Shown here: positions 61,790 through 64,000 of the stretch, piece by piece | How positions within the stretch are numbered: the first letter of the stretch is position 1 | How the letters are laid out: each line of letters opens with the position of its first letter | NCBI GenBank assembly: GCA_030390025.1 | Contig: JASTWF010000036.1 | Span: 3,350,001 to 3,414,000 of the forward strand | Length of the DNA stretch: 64,000 nucleotides | Reading direction: 5' to 3' | DNA from: Squalus acanthias | Taxonomy: Eukaryota | The notes under the pieces: model-generated | Database searches by the model: none | What the model was told of the DNA's origin: nothing | What the model saw: the letters and a program-made list of their open reading frames with translations, nothing else | Translations under genes and position numbers: made by a program

Positions 61790-64000
61790 GTATCGCTTTC
61801 TACCCACATCCCCCTTCCCCCACCCAACCCTACTTTTCTGTGTCCGCCCCTGGAAAAAAACTCCCAACTCTCTTACAATTGCACTTACGAAATCCCAACT
61901 GTCCAGCCTTCGGTCCTCCATTCACCAAGACATTTTTGCTGCTACCGATCTGCTCAACCACACCCTCACCACCACCTTTGATGCCCTAGTCCCTATTCAA
62001 AGCATTACTCTCTCTCTCACTGGCCGTTCCTCCTTCTTCGCTCCCTCGAGTCCAAGGGACGCAGACTTGAACGGATATGGCGGACAACTGGTTTAGCCAT
62101 TCACTGCCAGATCTGGCTGGACCACATAAAGCATTATCGGCCTACTCTTGTCTGCCAAAACTGCTCACTATTCCAGGATCATTCTGGAATGCAAAGGTTA
62201 ACCCCCGGCTACTATTTTCTACTGCTAACCGTCTTCTTAAACCCCTCTCCCCTGTCTCCTCCACGCTCACCTCCAACAACAAGTGCGAGGAGCTCATGGA
62301 CCTCTTTCTCTCTAAGATTGAGACCATCCGATCAGCTGCCTCAGCCACTTCCCTTCCTTCCCCTAGCCCACCGGGCCAAACTTCCTCTAAGGTTCACCCC
62401 TGCCCTAGCCCTGAACTCACATTTTTCTCCAATTTCTCTCTGATCTCCCCTCTTGACCTCTTCACACTCATCCTGTCTGTGAGACCCACTTCCTGCTCCC
62501 TCGACCCTATTCTCACTAAACTGCTGACCACCCAACTTCCTTTTCTGGCTCCCAGGTTAGCTGACATTGTTACCGGTTCTCTCTCCTCAGGTACTGTCCC
62601 CCTCTCCTTCAAATCTGCCGTCATCACCTCGCTCCTCAAAAAAACAACCATTCACCCCTCTGTCCTTGCAAACTACCGCCCTATCTCCAATCTCCGATTC
62701 CTCTCAAGTCCTTGAATGTGTTGTCACCTCCCAAATCCGTGCCCTTTCTTTCCCGGAACTCCCATGTTTGAATCCCTCCAATCTGGTTTCCGCCCCTGCC
62801 ACAGTACCGAAACGGCTCTCATCAAAGTCACAAATGGCATCCTTTGTGACTGTGACAAAGGTAAACTATCCCTCCTCGTCCTTTTTGACCTGTCTGCAGC
62901 CTTTAACACGGTTGACCACTCCATCCTCCTCCAATGCCTCTCCACCATCGTCCAGCTGGGTGGGACTGCACTCACCTGGTTCCATTCTTACCTGTAATCG
63001 TAGCAAGAAAATCACCTGCAATGGCTTCTCTTCCCACTCCTGCATTGTTACCTCTGGGGTCCCCCAAGGATCTATCCTTGGCCCCCTCCTATTTCTCATC
63101 TATATGCTGCCCCTCGGCGCCATCATCCGAAAACATGGCGTCAGTTTCCACATGTATCCTGACGACACCCAGCTCTACCTCTGCACCACTTCTCTCGACT
63201 CCTCCACGGTCTCTAAATTGTCAGACTGCTTGTCCGAGATCCAGTACAGGATGAGCAGAAATTTCTCCAATTAAATATTGGGAAGACCGAAGCCATTGTC
63301 TTCGAGCCCCGCCACAAACTCCGTTCCCTAGCCACTGACTCCATCCCTCTCCCTAACATCTGTCTGAGGCTGAACCGGACTGTTTGCAACCTTGGTGTCA
63401 TATTTGACCCTGAAATGAGCTTCCGACCACATATCCGCAGCATAACTAAGACCACCTATTTCCACCTCCGTAACATTGCCCGTCTCCGCCCCTGCCTCAG
63501 CTCATCTGCTGCTGAAACCCTCATCCATGCCTTTGTTACCTCTAGACTTGACTATTCCAATGCACTCCTAGCTGGCCTCCCACTTTCTACCCTACGCAAA
63601 CTTGAGATCATCCAAAACTTGGCTGCCCATGTCCTAACAAGTCCCGTTCACCCATCACCCCTGTGCTCGCTGACCTACATTGGCTCCTGGTTAAGCAACG
63701 CCTTGATTTCAAAATTCTCATCCTTGTTTTCAAATCCCTCCATGGCCTCGCCCCTCCCTATCTCTGTAATCTCCTTCAGCCCCACAACCACCCGAGATCT
63801 CTGCGCTCCTCTAATTCTGCCTTCTTGAGCACCCCTGATTATAATCGCTCCACCATTGGCGGCCGTGCCTTCAGCTGCCTAGGCCTTAAGCTCTGGAACT
63901 CCCTCCCTAAACCTCTCCGCCTCTCTCCCTCTCTTTCCTCCTTTTAAGACGCTCCTTAAAACCTACCTCTTTGACCAAGCTTTTGGTCACCTGCCCTAAT
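61790..64000 (+). mobile_element. L2-clade LINE, 3' ~2.2 kb of ORF2 (frameshifted)
   Basis: [63 protein letters not shown]. Confidence 0.93.

Overview
Eukaryotic genomic DNA, almost certainly from a cartilaginous fish (shark-type CR1, L2, Deu-domain SINE and Penelope repeats), and mostly repeat-derived. It holds two host coding exons, both absent from the ORF track because they end at splice donors. One is exon 1 of integrin alpha-7 (ITGA7, minus strand, 34867-35039). The other is the first coding exon of BLOC1S1 (plus strand, 60311-60371). They are arranged head-to-head as in human. Positions 1-34.8 kb appear to be ITGA7 intron 1, since no exon 2 was found. Notable structures: (i) a Penelope-like element with ~320-bp inverted arms around a GIY-YIG ORF, a hammerhead ribozyme motif in each arm and a 16-bp target-site duplication; (ii) a second, solo hammerhead from another Penelope family; (iii) a ~4-kb 57-bp tandem array split by a CR1 insertion, with higher-order repeats on one side only and a TEAD/MCAT motif in nearly every unit; (iv) a ~2-kb 33-bp minisatellite expanded inside a SINE just upstream of the BLOC1S1 promoter; (v) a young CR1 with an uninterrupted ~630-codon RT fragment; (vi) several MITE families. 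I see no prokaryotic-type system and cannot claim a definitively new system. Family names come from recalled motif knowledge, not database searches, and boundaries of degenerate repeats are approximate.
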